Below, piece after piece: positions 1 through 8,549 of a stretch of DNA of 32,482 bases. The notes under the pieces are model-generated. The model was given only the letters and a program-made list of their open reading frames with translations, made no database searches and was not told the DNA's origin. Location of the stretch: positions 1 to 32,482 of IMG/VR virus record IMGVR_UViG_3300025035_000070; one strand, written 5' to 3'. This stretch comes from a virus. Taxonomy: Duplodnaviria > Caudoviricetes. The position numbers were made by a program, and so were the translations under genes. The stretch's first letter is position 1, and each line of letters starts with the position of its first letter.

Positions 1-14
1 GTCGCGAATTACCT
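1..14. repeat. Left copy of terminal direct repeat GTCGCGAATTACCT (candidate cos)
   Basis: Identical to 32468..32481. Confidence 0.85.
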
Positions 15-38
15 CACGTTGCGGGGCACGGGAAGAAC

Positions 39-659
39 CTAACGCCGGGCGGTGGCGATGGCGTCTGACAGCGCGCGCTCAAAGGCCGGGGCCGCCGCGC
101 GGGCGGCGGCGCGGCGGGCGGTGCGCAGGAACTCCAGCCGGGGGCGATAGCTGGCGCGCGCCGCCCACGCCACTTGCATCGACAGCTGGAAACCGGCCTT
201 GCGGCTGGCCGTCGCGCCAAGCCGCTTATATATACCCGGCGCGCCGCCGCCCTTGGGCCTGCCCGAGAACGTATGCGCGCCCGCCGCGATCTTGGCGACG
301 CCCCCGCGCGGCAGGTTGCCGAACCTGTTCAGCCGCGCCTTGACAGGCACCGGGATTGCGCGGCCCTTGGGCCGCCGCGTCCCGCCTGTATCCTGTAGCG
401 CCAGATACGCGGCCTGACGGTCGCGCACCAGCACCGCGCCCGCCAGCGTCCGCTTGCTGGCGCGCAGCACCATCAGCCCGCGCAGCGTGAACGGCGTTGG
501 GCGATCCAGCACGGCGCGAAACCGCCGCTCCTCAGCCGCCGCAACGTCCGCCGCAATGGCGTTGATGGCGCGCGACGCGGCGAAGGGCACCTGTTCGCGG
601 GCGAAGTTTGAAAGCCCCCGCTCCACTTCGGCGATGTTGTGGCGCAATTCGAACTGCAT
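39..659 (-). CDS. Phage neck/tail-completion-like protein (gpZ/HK97 gp10-like), immediately upstream of cos
   Basis: Basic protein with 'QVPFAASRAIN...LDRPTPFTLR...LNRFGN' motifs, typical of the gene preceding cos in GpA-terminase phages. Start taken at ATG 659. Confidence 0.6.
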   Translation of the reverse strand: MQFELRHNIAEVERGLSNFAREQVPFAASRAINAIAADVAAAEERRFRAVLDRPTPFTLRGLMVLRASKRTLAGAVLVRDRQAAYLALQDTGGTRRPKGRAIPVPVKARLNRFGNLPRGGVAKIAAGAHTFSGRPKGGGAPGIYKRLGATASRKAGFQLSMQVAWAARASYRPRLEFLRTARRAAARAAAPAFERALSDAIATARR

Positions 660-773
660 TCGCTGCGCCTTCGCGACGGTGAAGCGGGGGGGGTGGAGCA
701 AGCCTTGGATCAACCCGCCAACTCGCCACCATGCGCAAAGCGATAGTCTAAGCGTGCTGGCGCGTGTAATCCC

Positions 774-1382
774 CTATGCGTCCGATTTCGCACGCTGGCG
801 GGGCGGCGGCGTCTCAAGCCCAAGCGCCACGGCGGCGCGGCCCAGCGCGGCGTCCAGCCCATCGACAAGCGCGCGCTGGCGGCCTCGTGACCGCTTGAGG
901 CCGAGGCCCGCCAGGATCGCGGCGGGCATGGCGTCGCGTATGCACGCCGCGCGCACCAGATCGATGGCGGCGACGCGCCCGCCCATGGCGTCCAGGCGCA
1001 CCACGTCCGCGCCGATGGCGCCCGCGATCCGGCGCAGCTCGGTCAACGCCCACGCCACCCGCGCTTGCGGCCCCTCGCACGCCGCGCCGCCCGCGCCGCC
1101 GCCCGCCGACAGGAAATCCACGCCGCGCGCGCCGCCCGCCGCCGTCAGCTCGGCAAGCTGGGCGATCTGCCGGGCGGCGTCGCGGCGCGCCTCGGCCATG
1201 TGCGCCGTAGCGCGGGGCGCGGGGCCTGCGCGCAGGGCGGGCGCATCATCGGCCTGCGGGTCGCGCGCGGCGGCGTCGGCGCGGATCATCGCGCCTATCT
1301 GGCGCGGCGACAGGGGCGCGGCCTTGGCGCGGCGTGTCGCGACATGGCGGGGCGCGGCGGGTTTTGTGGCAAGGCTGGACAT
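774..1382 (-). CDS. Hypothetical protein, possible late-gene regulator
   Basis: AAGGA RBS before ATG 1382; lies between the replication genes and the late operon. Function inferred from position only. Confidence 0.45.
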   Translation of the reverse strand: MSSLATKPAAPRHVATRRAKAAPLSPRQIGAMIRADAAARDPQADDAPALRAGPAPRATAHMAEARRDAARQIAQLAELTAAGGARGVDFLSAGGGAGGAACEGPQARVAWALTELRRIAGAIGADVVRLDAMGGRVAAIDLVRAACIRDAMPAAILAGLGLKRSRGRQRALVDGLDAALGRAAVALGLETPPPRQRAKSDA

Positions 1383-1410
1383 GGGCGTTTTCCTTTCGCT
1401 GGCGGGTGTC

Positions 1411-1709
1411 TGTAGGGCTTTGGTGGCCTTGTAGGGCTTTTCAGGGTTTCGCACCGGGCCTATGCGCGGTGTGCATTTTTGATGATTTCTAATCTCTCTC
1501 TCTCAAAGGGCCTAAAGCCCTACAACTCCCCTACAACCTGCGCCAAGCGCCTCTTAATCAACGCAAAAAGCCTGTAGGGCTTTTTTCCGCATACCCTACA
1601 GCCTGTAGGGCGATTGTAGGGGTTTCCCCTCGGCCATCATGGGGGCGCGGGGGCGACAAGGCGTGAAACCCCTACAACACCCCTACAGGGCGCGGGCGCG
1701 GCTGTAGGG
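1411..1709. repeat. Iteron array (11 x TGTAGGG/CCCTACA in both orientations), putative replication origin
   Basis: Copies start at 1411, 1430, 1518, 1529, 1573, 1594, 1604, 1615, 1670, 1681 and 1703, around an AT-rich patch at ~1474-1508, downstream of the D5 helicase gene. Confidence 0.75.
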
Positions 1710-2407
1710 GTTTCGGCGGCGACACAGGCGGCATCTCCCCATTGCCGCGCGGCGGCGGCGGCCATGCCCGGAAAGCTGCGGCTGCGCAGGCGGGCGCGAT
1801 CCGTGCCGGGGCTGGCGCGATGCACCGCCGACCATGCCTTGTGATCCGCCGCCCCCGCCTTGGGCGGCGTCAACCGATCGGTGGCGACAAGCGGGGGCAG
1901 GCCGCGCAGATACCACCCAGTCGCCTTGAACGCAGGATCTCCGAACCACCACGGTTGCACTGTGTGCGGTCTGATCAGGCCGGGAATGCGCGCGCGGGCG
2001 TGGCGGTGCATGACGGGGTTCTCCACCGCCACACGCGGCACCGGCGCGGCCCAGCACGCGGCGAAGAAATCGCAGCCCATGGCCAGCAGCCGCCACATGA
2101 TCGCCAGCCGCGCGTCGCGCGACAGGCCCGGCCACGCCGCGCGCTCACCCGGCGCGGCGTCGGCGGGCGGGTTGCGCGGCGGATCGATCAGCCACCGCAC
2201 GCCGCTGTTGCACAACCGCGTGCACGGCGGATGCAGCACCGCCAGCAAATCCCAGCCATCGGCCAGATGGTCGCGCAGGACGCCGGTTATATGGCGGTTG
2301 CTGCGATCCTCGGCGGGCAGGATATCGCAGGACCATACGTCATGACCAAGCGCGGCGAAGGCGCGGCGGAAAACGCCCGAGGTTTCGCAGCCGATCAGGA
2401 CGCGCAA
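1637..2407 (-). CDS. Short phage C5-cytosine DNA methyltransferase-like protein
   Basis: VLIGCETSG (motif I variant), SCD, HPPC (motif IV), VENP (motif VI) and C-terminal RSRSFPGMA..QWG. Confidence 0.75.
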   Translation of the reverse strand: MRVLIGCETSGVFRRAFAALGHDVWSCDILPAEDRSNRHITGVLRDHLADGWDLLAVLHPPCTRLCNSGVRWLIDPPRNPPADAAPGERAAWPGLSRDARLAIMWRLLAMGCDFFAACWAAPVPRVAVENPVMHRHARARIPGLIRPHTVQPWWFGDPAFKATGWYLRGLPPLVATDRLTPPKAGAADHKAWSAVHRASPGTDRARLRSRSFPGMAAAAARQWGDAACVAAETPTAAPAPCRGVVGVSRLVAPAPP

Positions 2408-2619
2408 GAAAGCGTGACCGGATCAAGCGAAAACCAGTCGTTTTCGTGATCGCCTTCGCGCGCATCCCAGCAATCTTCGCAGATCGGCGCGGGCGCGGCG
2501 TCCGGGGTCGCGCGCGACCATCGCATTTCCTCGGCTGGATGACAGTTGTATTCTTCGTCGCACGTCTCGCACCGCACCAGCAGCCACGGCGTCACGTCCA
2601 GCGGCCTTTCAGTGTTCAT
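2395..2619 (-). CDS. Small acidic protein with two CxxC motifs (zinc-ribbon-like)
   Basis: CETC and CEDC motifs; ATGA overlap with the helicase stop. Confidence 0.6.
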   Translation of the reverse strand: MNTERPLDVTPWLLVRCETCDEEYNCHPAEEMRWSRATPDAAPAPICEDCWDAREGDHENDWFSLDPVTLSCAS

Positions 2620-4265
2620 CGTGTATCCTCCTCAGGATCAAGCAACGGCGCTTCAACCGTCAGCAGCGTTTCAAGGTAATAGGTGCGCCCGCCGCTCACG
2701 GTCTTTTTCCAGCCCTTTTCGGCCAGCAGCTTCGCCACGGTGTGCGGCGTGAACGCCTTCGCGCCGCATTGCTCGCACCAGGCGGCATAGGCGGCGAACA
2801 GCTCTTTGGCCTGCGTCCGCGCGCCCTCGGCGCGTTCGGTGCAGGCGCGCATGAACTCGCCAACCGGATCGCTTGCGCCGCGCAGCTCGGCTTTCATGGC
2901 GGTTGCGGCTGGAGGCGGCGCAAGGCCGATGGCGCGCACGTCGCCGAACGCGCGCAGCAGCAGATTAAGGATGCCCGCGCCCTCGGCTTTAAGCTCGGCC
3001 TCCACCGCCTCAGGCTCGCGCCGCAGATGCTCGGGCAGGGCGCGCAAATCCACGTCGAACGGGATGAACACCAGCCGCCGCCATGTCCCTTCGTCTTCGC
3101 CTTTCACCTCAGGCGTTCGGTTGAAACTGATGATCGGAACGGCTGTTGGCGTATAGATGAACTGCGGCATGTTCAGCGCCCGCGCCGGGCGCGGATCGCC
3201 CCCGGTAAGGCTCTTGATTTTCTTGGCGCTCAAAACGTCCGTCGGGTCCGGTTCGCTCATGATCATGGCGCGGGCGCCGGGAAGGCTCACCTCCTCGGGC
3301 GTCGCCTGCCCTGCGGATTGCTTGTCGCCCGCCAGAACCATTTCGATCTTGCACGGCGCGGCATAGCCGCCCAGCACATGGCGGATCACGTTCACCAGCG
3401 TTGATTTGCCATTGCCGCCGCCGCCGCGAAACAGCAGCGCGACTTGCGCAAAGTTGCGCCCAAAAACCGTCAGGCTCAGACAGCGCAGCAGAAAGCCTAT
3501 CATTTCCGGGCGCGGGCGCACGGTCCCGTCCGCCAGTTGCTCGCCGGTGATCAGCTCCAGGAACCGCATGAAGGCGGGGCAGGCGGCGGCGGCGTCATAG
3601 TCCACGCCCAGCACGCGCGTATTGCGCATAGCGCGATCCGGCGCGGCCAGCCATCGCGTGCGCCGCGCGGTGTTTTCCTCGGGTTCCTCGGCTTCCGGGG
3701 CCTCGGCGCAGGCGGCGCGCAGATCAATCACGCCATTTGGCGCGCACAACCGCCACGGCTCGGCGTCCAGCGTGTCCAGCGCCACCAGAAGGCGCGGCTC
3801 CAGCATCTCCAGCGCGGCGTTGATCTTGTCGCGGTTGCCGCACTTGGTGGCGTGTTTCCGCAGCGCGTCGCGGTGCGTTCGGCGCAGATAGTCAAGCGCC
3901 CCGGCCTCATCGCTGAAGCGGCGCGGATCGCGCGGCGTAGGCTTGCGCTCCAGCTCGCGCTTGACCGCGCGCGCCAGCGTCAGCTCATCGATGGAGCGGC
4001 GCCCGGCGGCGTCGGCCTCAGCCTTCACCAGCGCGCGCAGCCGCGCGCCGATGCCGCGCGCCAACAACTTTCCATCGTCAAAATCGAACCGGGCGCCGGT
4101 CCACACCCCCCAGCCGCGCCCGGTTACATAAAGCATATCGCGGCCATAGGCGTGCGCCAGCCGGGCGGCGTTGTCGTCGTCGCACTCCTCAAGGCCAAGA
4201 CGCTCCAGCGGGTCCGCGCGCCAGTCGCCTGTCGCGCGGTCAAAGGCTTCAAGGGCGGCGCTCAT
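2616..4265 (-). CDS. P4-family/D5-like SF3 helicase (primase C-terminal type)
   Basis: D5_N-like region (NAARL...GRGWGVWTG, CAPNGVIDL), Walker A GGGGNGKST, KSLTGGD, WRRLVFIPF and a C-terminal winged helix. Start at ATG 4265 overlaps the upstream stop. Confidence 0.92.
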   Translation of the reverse strand: MSAALEAFDRATGDWRADPLERLGLEECDDDNAARLAHAYGRDMLYVTGRGWGVWTGARFDFDDGKLLARGIGARLRALVKAEADAAGRRSIDELTLARAVKRELERKPTPRDPRRFSDEAGALDYLRRTHRDALRKHATKCGNRDKINAALEMLEPRLLVALDTLDAEPWRLCAPNGVIDLRAACAEAPEAEEPEENTARRTRWLAAPDRAMRNTRVLGVDYDAAAACPAFMRFLELITGEQLADGTVRPRPEMIGFLLRCLSLTVFGRNFAQVALLFRGGGGNGKSTLVNVIRHVLGGYAAPCKIEMVLAGDKQSAGQATPEEVSLPGARAMIMSEPDPTDVLSAKKIKSLTGGDPRPARALNMPQFIYTPTAVPIISFNRTPEVKGEDEGTWRRLVFIPFDVDLRALPEHLRREPEAVEAELKAEGAGILNLLLRAFGDVRAIGLAPPPAATAMKAELRGASDPVGEFMRACTERAEGARTQAKELFAAYAAWCEQCGAKAFTPHTVAKLLAEKGWKKTVSGGRTYYLETLLTVEAPLLDPEEDTR

Positions 4266-4705
4266 GGGGCGCGCCCGCGCTTGGCGGCCTCGGCGCGGCG
4301 CGCGGTGGCGGCGGCGCGGGCGGCGATATCGAACATTTCGCCGTCGCCAACAATCGGCTTTCCTTCCACGCCAGCGATCAGCATCACCATGGCGGCGCAT
4401 GTCGCCGGGTCCGGCTTTTCGCCGGTGATCGGTAAAAGCCGCCGCAGCGCCAGATGCACGTCGCCCAGCGCGGCAGCGTCAAGCGCCTCTTGATCCAGCC
4501 ATGCGGGCGGGCGCGCCTCGGCTGCGCGCGCCATAGGATCGCCGCGCCGCGCGGCAAGGCGGGCGCGGGCGGCGGCAAGGCGCGTCTTGCGCACGTCGCG
4601 CAGCATCGCCGCACAGGCGGCGGCGCTGGCGCGCTGGCGGATCAGCGCGGCCAGCAGCGCCATTGCGGCGGCCATCGTGGCGCCATCGATCAGCGCCCCT
4701 ATCAT
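4262..4705 (-). CDS. Hypothetical protein with an N-terminal hydrophobic helix
   Basis: ATGA-coupled to neighbours on both sides. Confidence 0.55.
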   Translation of the reverse strand: MIGALIDGATMAAAMALLAALIRQRASAAACAAMLRDVRKTRLAAARARLAARRGDPMARAAEARPPAWLDQEALDAAALGDVHLALRRLLPITGEKPDPATCAAMVMLIAGVEGKPIVGDGEMFDIAARAAATARRAEAAKRGRAP

Positions 4706-4905
4706 GGCCGCCCCTCCAGCGCCGCGCGCGCCTCATGCGCCAGCGCCTCGGCCAGCATTTGCGCCGCGTCCAGCGCCAACGGGATGGCGTGGCGCGCGCC
4801 GTCTCTGGCGGTGTGCAACAGCCACACGCGCCGCGCGTCGCGCTGATCAGGCGCAACACATACCATTCTGGGCGCAGGCCATGGCATGGCGGCGGGGGGC
4901 GTCAT
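4702..4905 (-). CDS. Hypothetical protein
   Basis: ATGA overlaps at both ends (MTPPAAMPWP...). Confidence 0.5.
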   Translation of the reverse strand: MTPPAAMPWPAPRMVCVAPDQRDARRVWLLHTARDGARHAIPLALDAAQMLAEALAHEARAALEGRP

Positions 4906-5186
4906 GAGACTTTCCCCAGCAGCGGGCGGCAGCGCCGCGTCCGCTTGGTGTCCTCTATTATCGTCACCAGATTGCGGCCCGCGAAAATTGCCACCACCCT
5001 CAGATCGCGCAGCCTCACCGACCACGTTGTGTGAGGGGCGGCGATGCACAGTCCGGTGGCGATGGCCGCCGACGCCTCCAGCGCCGTGCGCAGGGCGTCG
5101 GCGTCGCCGGTAAACCCTGATCGCTCGACGGCACGCGCCACGGCGTGGCGCGTGATCCACAAGCCACTCTTGACGGGTTGCGGCAT
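4902..5186 (-). CDS. Small protein, possible BECR-fold (DUF4258-like) RNase
   Basis: ITRHAVARAVER near the N-terminus and LVTII near the C-terminus. Confidence 0.45.
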   Translation of the reverse strand: MPQPVKSGLWITRHAVARAVERSGFTGDADALRTALEASAAIATGLCIAAPHTTWSVRLRDLRVVAIFAGRNLVTIIEDTKRTRRCRPLLGKVS

Positions 5187-5187
5187 G

Positions 5188-6426
5188 TCATGCGCCCCCC
5201 TTCGCGTTGGCCAGCTCTAGCAAAACGTCCGCATGGCAAGACGCCACCCGCCCGCCAGCGGCGGCAATGTCGGCGAAATCGCGCCCGTCGCCCCAGCCGT
5301 CGCCCGGCATGGCCAGCCGCACGTCCAGCCCGCGCGCCGCGATCTTGGCCGCCGCGCGGCGGCCATGGCGGGCGGCGGCCTCGGGGTCTTTCTCCGAACC
5401 TTCGGCCAGCACCACCACCCGGCGCACGCCATCGGGGGGCAGCCATCCGGGGCGCATGTTGCCAATGTCCGGCTGCGCGCTGGGCAACATCAGCCCGGTG
5501 GCGGCGCTTATGGGTCCGCGCCCCGCCTCGGTCTGCGGCCCGGCCAGCGCCCCGAGGCTTAACGCGGCCTCCACCGCCCAGCCTTCGCGCCCGGCGGCGA
5601 CAAGCGCGGCGAACATCGCCAGCGCGGTTTCGATCCCTTCGCCCACCACCAGATCGGGCGCGGCCTTTGACAGCCTCACCGGCTGGCCATACAGCCCGCC
5701 CGTCATGCCAAGCCATTTTTTTTCAATCTTGCTCTTGTCAGGCCATCGGGCGCGGCCATCGGGCGAAATCCACGTCTGATGAACCCCCATAAACGCGCCA
5801 CGTCCGATGAAACCCAGCATGGCGGGGCCAACATGCGCCGGGGCGCGCTGGCCGGGCGCATAGAAAGGATGCTCGGGCGCATAGCGCAGCGACGGCGGAA
5901 CGCCGCGATCATACAACCGCGCCAGCGCGTCCACGTTCACCCCGCGCGCGGCAAGATAGTCGCGCACCGGCGCGGCGTGCGGCTGCGCGGCGCGCCAGAA
6001 CGCTTTCGCCCGGCGCGCGCGGCGTTCAGCCTCGGCGCGCTCCTCGGCCTGCGTTCGCACCCGCCGTTGATCCTGCGCCGCCCGGCGCGCGGCGGTGGCG
6101 GCGGGGTCTTCGTCGCGGGCGATCCCCGCCGCGTCCGCCAGCCGCCGGATTGCGCCGGTGGCGTCCAGGTTGTCGCGCAACATCACATAATCGATAATCG
6201 ATCCGCGCGCATCGCAGGCGAAACACTTAAAAAAGCCGCCGACGCCAGAAGGCTCGACAACGTGAAAGCTCGGCGTCCGCTCACCATGAAAGGGGCATGG
6301 GCGCCACCAGTCGCCGCGCGACACGCTGGATTTCGCCATGTCCCACGCGCCGCCGTCGCGCTCCACTTCCGCGCGCAGGCTGGTTTCCTGTTTGATCCGC
6401 TCGGCCATACCCATGGCGCACTCCAT
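5188..6426 (-). CDS. DNA primase with CHC2 zinc finger and Toprim domain
   Basis: CPFHGERTPSF..FKCFAC, YLAARG, VVGEGIETAL and DFAD. An alternative start at ATG 6414 follows GGAG. Confidence 0.9.
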   Translation of the reverse strand: MECAMGMAERIKQETSLRAEVERDGGAWDMAKSSVSRGDWWRPCPFHGERTPSFHVVEPSGVGGFFKCFACDARGSIIDYVMLRDNLDATGAIRRLADAAGIARDEDPAATAARRAAQDQRRVRTQAEERAEAERRARRAKAFWRAAQPHAAPVRDYLAARGVNVDALARLYDRGVPPSLRYAPEHPFYAPGQRAPAHVGPAMLGFIGRGAFMGVHQTWISPDGRARWPDKSKIEKKWLGMTGGLYGQPVRLSKAAPDLVVGEGIETALAMFAALVAAGREGWAVEAALSLGALAGPQTEAGRGPISAATGLMLPSAQPDIGNMRPGWLPPDGVRRVVVLAEGSEKDPEAAARHGRRAAAKIAARGLDVRLAMPGDGWGDGRDFADIAAAGGRVASCHADVLLELANAKGGA

Positions 6427-6487
6427 CCTTGCGCTGGCGCGGGATGCGCGCAGCGTCTCCGTCCCGTCCCGTGGCGGTCAGCAGCGT

Positions 6488-6757
6488 TCAGCCGGGCGGC
6501 GCCTCGGCGGGCAGATCAAGCCACATGGCGAACAGCGTCTGAATACGCGTATCCCGCGCCACCCGCTCGGCGTTCATGTGCTCGCGCAGCATCGCGGCGG
6601 CCTCGGTGAAGCGGTGCGCAAGCGCCGCCTGCGCAACCGCAGCAGCCACCGCGATGGCGCGGGGCGATGCGTCGGCGGGCGCGCCGTCATGCAACGCCGT
6701 CGCATTTGCGCAGGCGGCGGCGCATGGGTTCGCCGCATAGACGGGGCGCGGGGTCAT
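6488..6757 (-). CDS. Hypothetical protein
   Basis: ATGA-coupled within the leftward operon. Confidence 0.5.
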   Translation of the reverse strand: MTPRPVYAANPCAAACANATALHDGAPADASPRAIAVAAAVAQAALAHRFTEAAAMLREHMNAERVARDTRIQTLFAMWLDLPAEAPPG

Positions 6758-7056
6758 GCGCAGGCCCTCACGCCCGCGCTATGCAGCGGCGCCAGCGGGC
6801 GCGCCAGATCAGACAGCGCGGCGGCGGCGGCGCGGCTGATCCGCCATTCCGCCCGGTTGCCCGCCAGCGCCAGCTCGATCAGCCCCGCCGACAGTAGCCT
6901 CGCCAGCGCCGCCTCGGCTTCGCCGTCGCGCCATTGCAGCGTGCTGTTCAGGTGCGACGGGTCCATGGGCGTGAAGGCGCGGTGACAGCCGCAATCAACC
7001 GCCAGCGCGGCGACGCGCAGGGCGCGCCAGTCCAGAATGTCGCGCGCCATGATCAT
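6754..7056 (-). CDS. Hypothetical protein, winged-helix-like
   Basis: ALARLLSAGLIE...EWRIS pattern; coupled ORF. Confidence 0.5.
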   Translation of the reverse strand: MIMARDILDWRALRVAALAVDCGCHRAFTPMDPSHLNSTLQWRDGEAEAALARLLSAGLIELALAGNRAEWRISRAAAAALSDLARPLAPLHSAGVRACA

Positions 7057-7430
7057 GACGCGCCACCCGCAGCTTTCACGGCCAGCGCCGCCGCGCGCTC
7101 GGCGATGCTCGCCAGCTCGGCGCGCCCCGCTGCGCTCACGCGATATATGGCGGGCGACGCCTGCCCGGCGGGCGCGACAAGATCAAGCCATCCGATTGAA
7201 ACGGCGGCGCTCAGCTCATTGCGAATGCGCGTCCAGCCCCGGCCCGTCTCGGCGCGGGCGACATAGCCCTTGAGCGCGCCGCCGTCGCAGGGCCGCGCCA
7301 GCATTTCCGCCGCCAGCATCAGCCCCGCGCGCGCCATGTCGCGGTTCAGCGGCGCCCCGCGCCCGGCTCTCATTCGCTGCGCCCCAGCACGCGGCGCAGC
7401 GCAGATCGCCACGCTGGCGGTTCGGCCCAT
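7053..7430 (-). CDS. Hypothetical protein, winged-helix-like
   Basis: RIRNELSAAVSIGWL...IYRVSAAGRAEL pattern; start uncertain. Confidence 0.5.
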   Translation of the reverse strand: MGRTASVAICAAPRAGAQRMRAGRGAPLNRDMARAGLMLAAEMLARPCDGGALKGYVARAETGRGWTRIRNELSAAVSIGWLDLVAPAGQASPAIYRVSAAGRAELASIAERAAALAVKAAGGAS

Positions 7431-7855
7431 GGCCTGTGTCCAACGTCCGGCCCTTGCGGCAGCGCCGCCGCCTTGTATGCCGCCACCTTCAGGGCGACGC
7501 AGGGCCGCGCCAGCAGCGCCGCCACGTCCGCCCTATGATCCATAGCCGCGATCAGCGCGGGCGACGGATAATCGGCGATCACGGCCAGCTCGGCGTCGCT
7601 GGCGGCGCGGATCGTCTCCAGCCCATATTCGGAGATGCGCACATGCACCGCCGACGCCTGCACCCGCGCCGCGCGCACGCCGTCCAGCGCCGCCGCCACG
7701 TCTGGCGCATCACGCATCGCCCGCAGCGCGGCGATCATGCGCGGTCGCACGCTATCCGCGCCCGCGTCCGGCCAAGGCGGCGGCGTATCGGCGCGGGCGG
7801 CGTGATAATCCTCCAGATCGCGCAGCGCGCGCGACAGGTTTTTGGGCAATTTCAT
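7370..7855 (-). CDS. Hypothetical protein
   Basis: ATGA overlap with the upstream HTH gene. Confidence 0.5.
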   Translation of the reverse strand: MKLPKNLSRALRDLEDYHAARADTPPPWPDAGADSVRPRMIAALRAMRDAPDVAAALDGVRAARVQASAVHVRISEYGLETIRAASDAELAVIADYPSPALIAAMDHRADVAALLARPCVALKVAAYKAAALPQGPDVGHRPWAEPPAWRSALRRVLGRSE

Positions 7856-8079
7856 GCGGCGCGCTCCTGATCGATCGATAGCAAGGCGAATACAACGCGG
7901 CCCGGCGGGCTGGCGTGACCATCCAACCAGCGCCGCACGGTCGCGTGATGCACGCCCAGCGCTCGGGCGGCGGCGGTGGCGGTGGCGTGTTGCGACGCGC
8001 CGGGCCAGCGCCGCCGGATGATGGCGGCGGTTTCGCGGTCGGCGATGCGTTGCAAATGCGTTAACTTTTTAGCAGACAT
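7852..8079 (-). CDS. HTH protein at the CII-like position
   Basis: AAARALGVHHATVRRWLDGHASP helix-turn-helix; second gene of the leftward operon. Confidence 0.65.
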   Translation of the reverse strand: MSAKKLTHLQRIADRETAAIIRRRWPGASQHATATAAARALGVHHATVRRWLDGHASPPGRVVFALLSIDQERAA

Positions 8080-8155
8080 GCACAGCGCAGGCGCGCACCC
8101 TGTAGCCGGTGGACAACCGCACAAAGGACCCGACAATGCGCCGCGCCCCGCCATG

Positions 8156-8449
8156 TCAGGCCGCCTTTTCCGCGCCGCCAGCGCAATAAGCACCGTTCGC
8201 GACGTGCTGCGCAGGCGCCCAAAGCATGGCCAGTGCGCGGGCGCGGCGGCCCTCGGGCGTGTCTGGCGCGTTGCGGCGGATCGCGGCCAGCAGGGCGTCG
8301 GCGCTTTCAACCGTGATCCCGCACCCGGCCAGGCGGCGCGCGACAATCGACTGGCCCAGCCCCGCCTCCACCGACAGGCGGCGCGGCGACCACTTGGCGG
8401 CGGCCAGAAAAGCCACGATGGCGGCGTCTATGCGTTCTGAAACTGTCAT
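8156..8449 (-). CDS. Cro-like HTH repressor
   Basis: Divergent from the cI-like gene; AFLAAAKWSPRRLSVEAGLGQSIVARRLAG helix-turn-helix. Confidence 0.65.
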   Translation of the reverse strand: MTVSERIDAAIVAFLAAAKWSPRRLSVEAGLGQSIVARRLAGCGITVESADALLAAIRRNAPDTPEGRRARALAMLWAPAQHVANGAYCAGGAEKAA

Positions 8450-8457
8450 GGCGGCGA

Positions 8458-8500
8458 CGATCAACCGAAAACGGTTGGAATGTCAACCGTATTTAGCCGG
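8458..8500 (-). promoter_or_regulatory. Leftward early promoter with operator CAACCG-N4-CGGTTG
   Basis: TTGACA on the minus strand at 8486-8481; palindrome at 8462-8477; a further CAACCG half-site at 8484. Confidence 0.7.
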
Positions 8501-8549
8501 TAGCGCCGCAACCCTTGCGGGCATAACCTTAGGTAAAGGGGTTTTAATA

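Noticed and set aside
1411-1709. Iteron region as a CRISPR array or ncRNA
   Set aside because: Repeats are 7 bp, in mixed orientation and irregularly spaced
174-7870. Many overlapping plus-strand Arg/Ala/Pro-rich ORFs
   Set aside because: Stop-codon scarcity at high GC explains them; the coupled minus-strand operon accounts for the region
8226-8549. N-terminal extension of the repressor ORF
   Set aside because: It overlaps the cro-like gene and the promoter; the HTH begins right after ATG 8550
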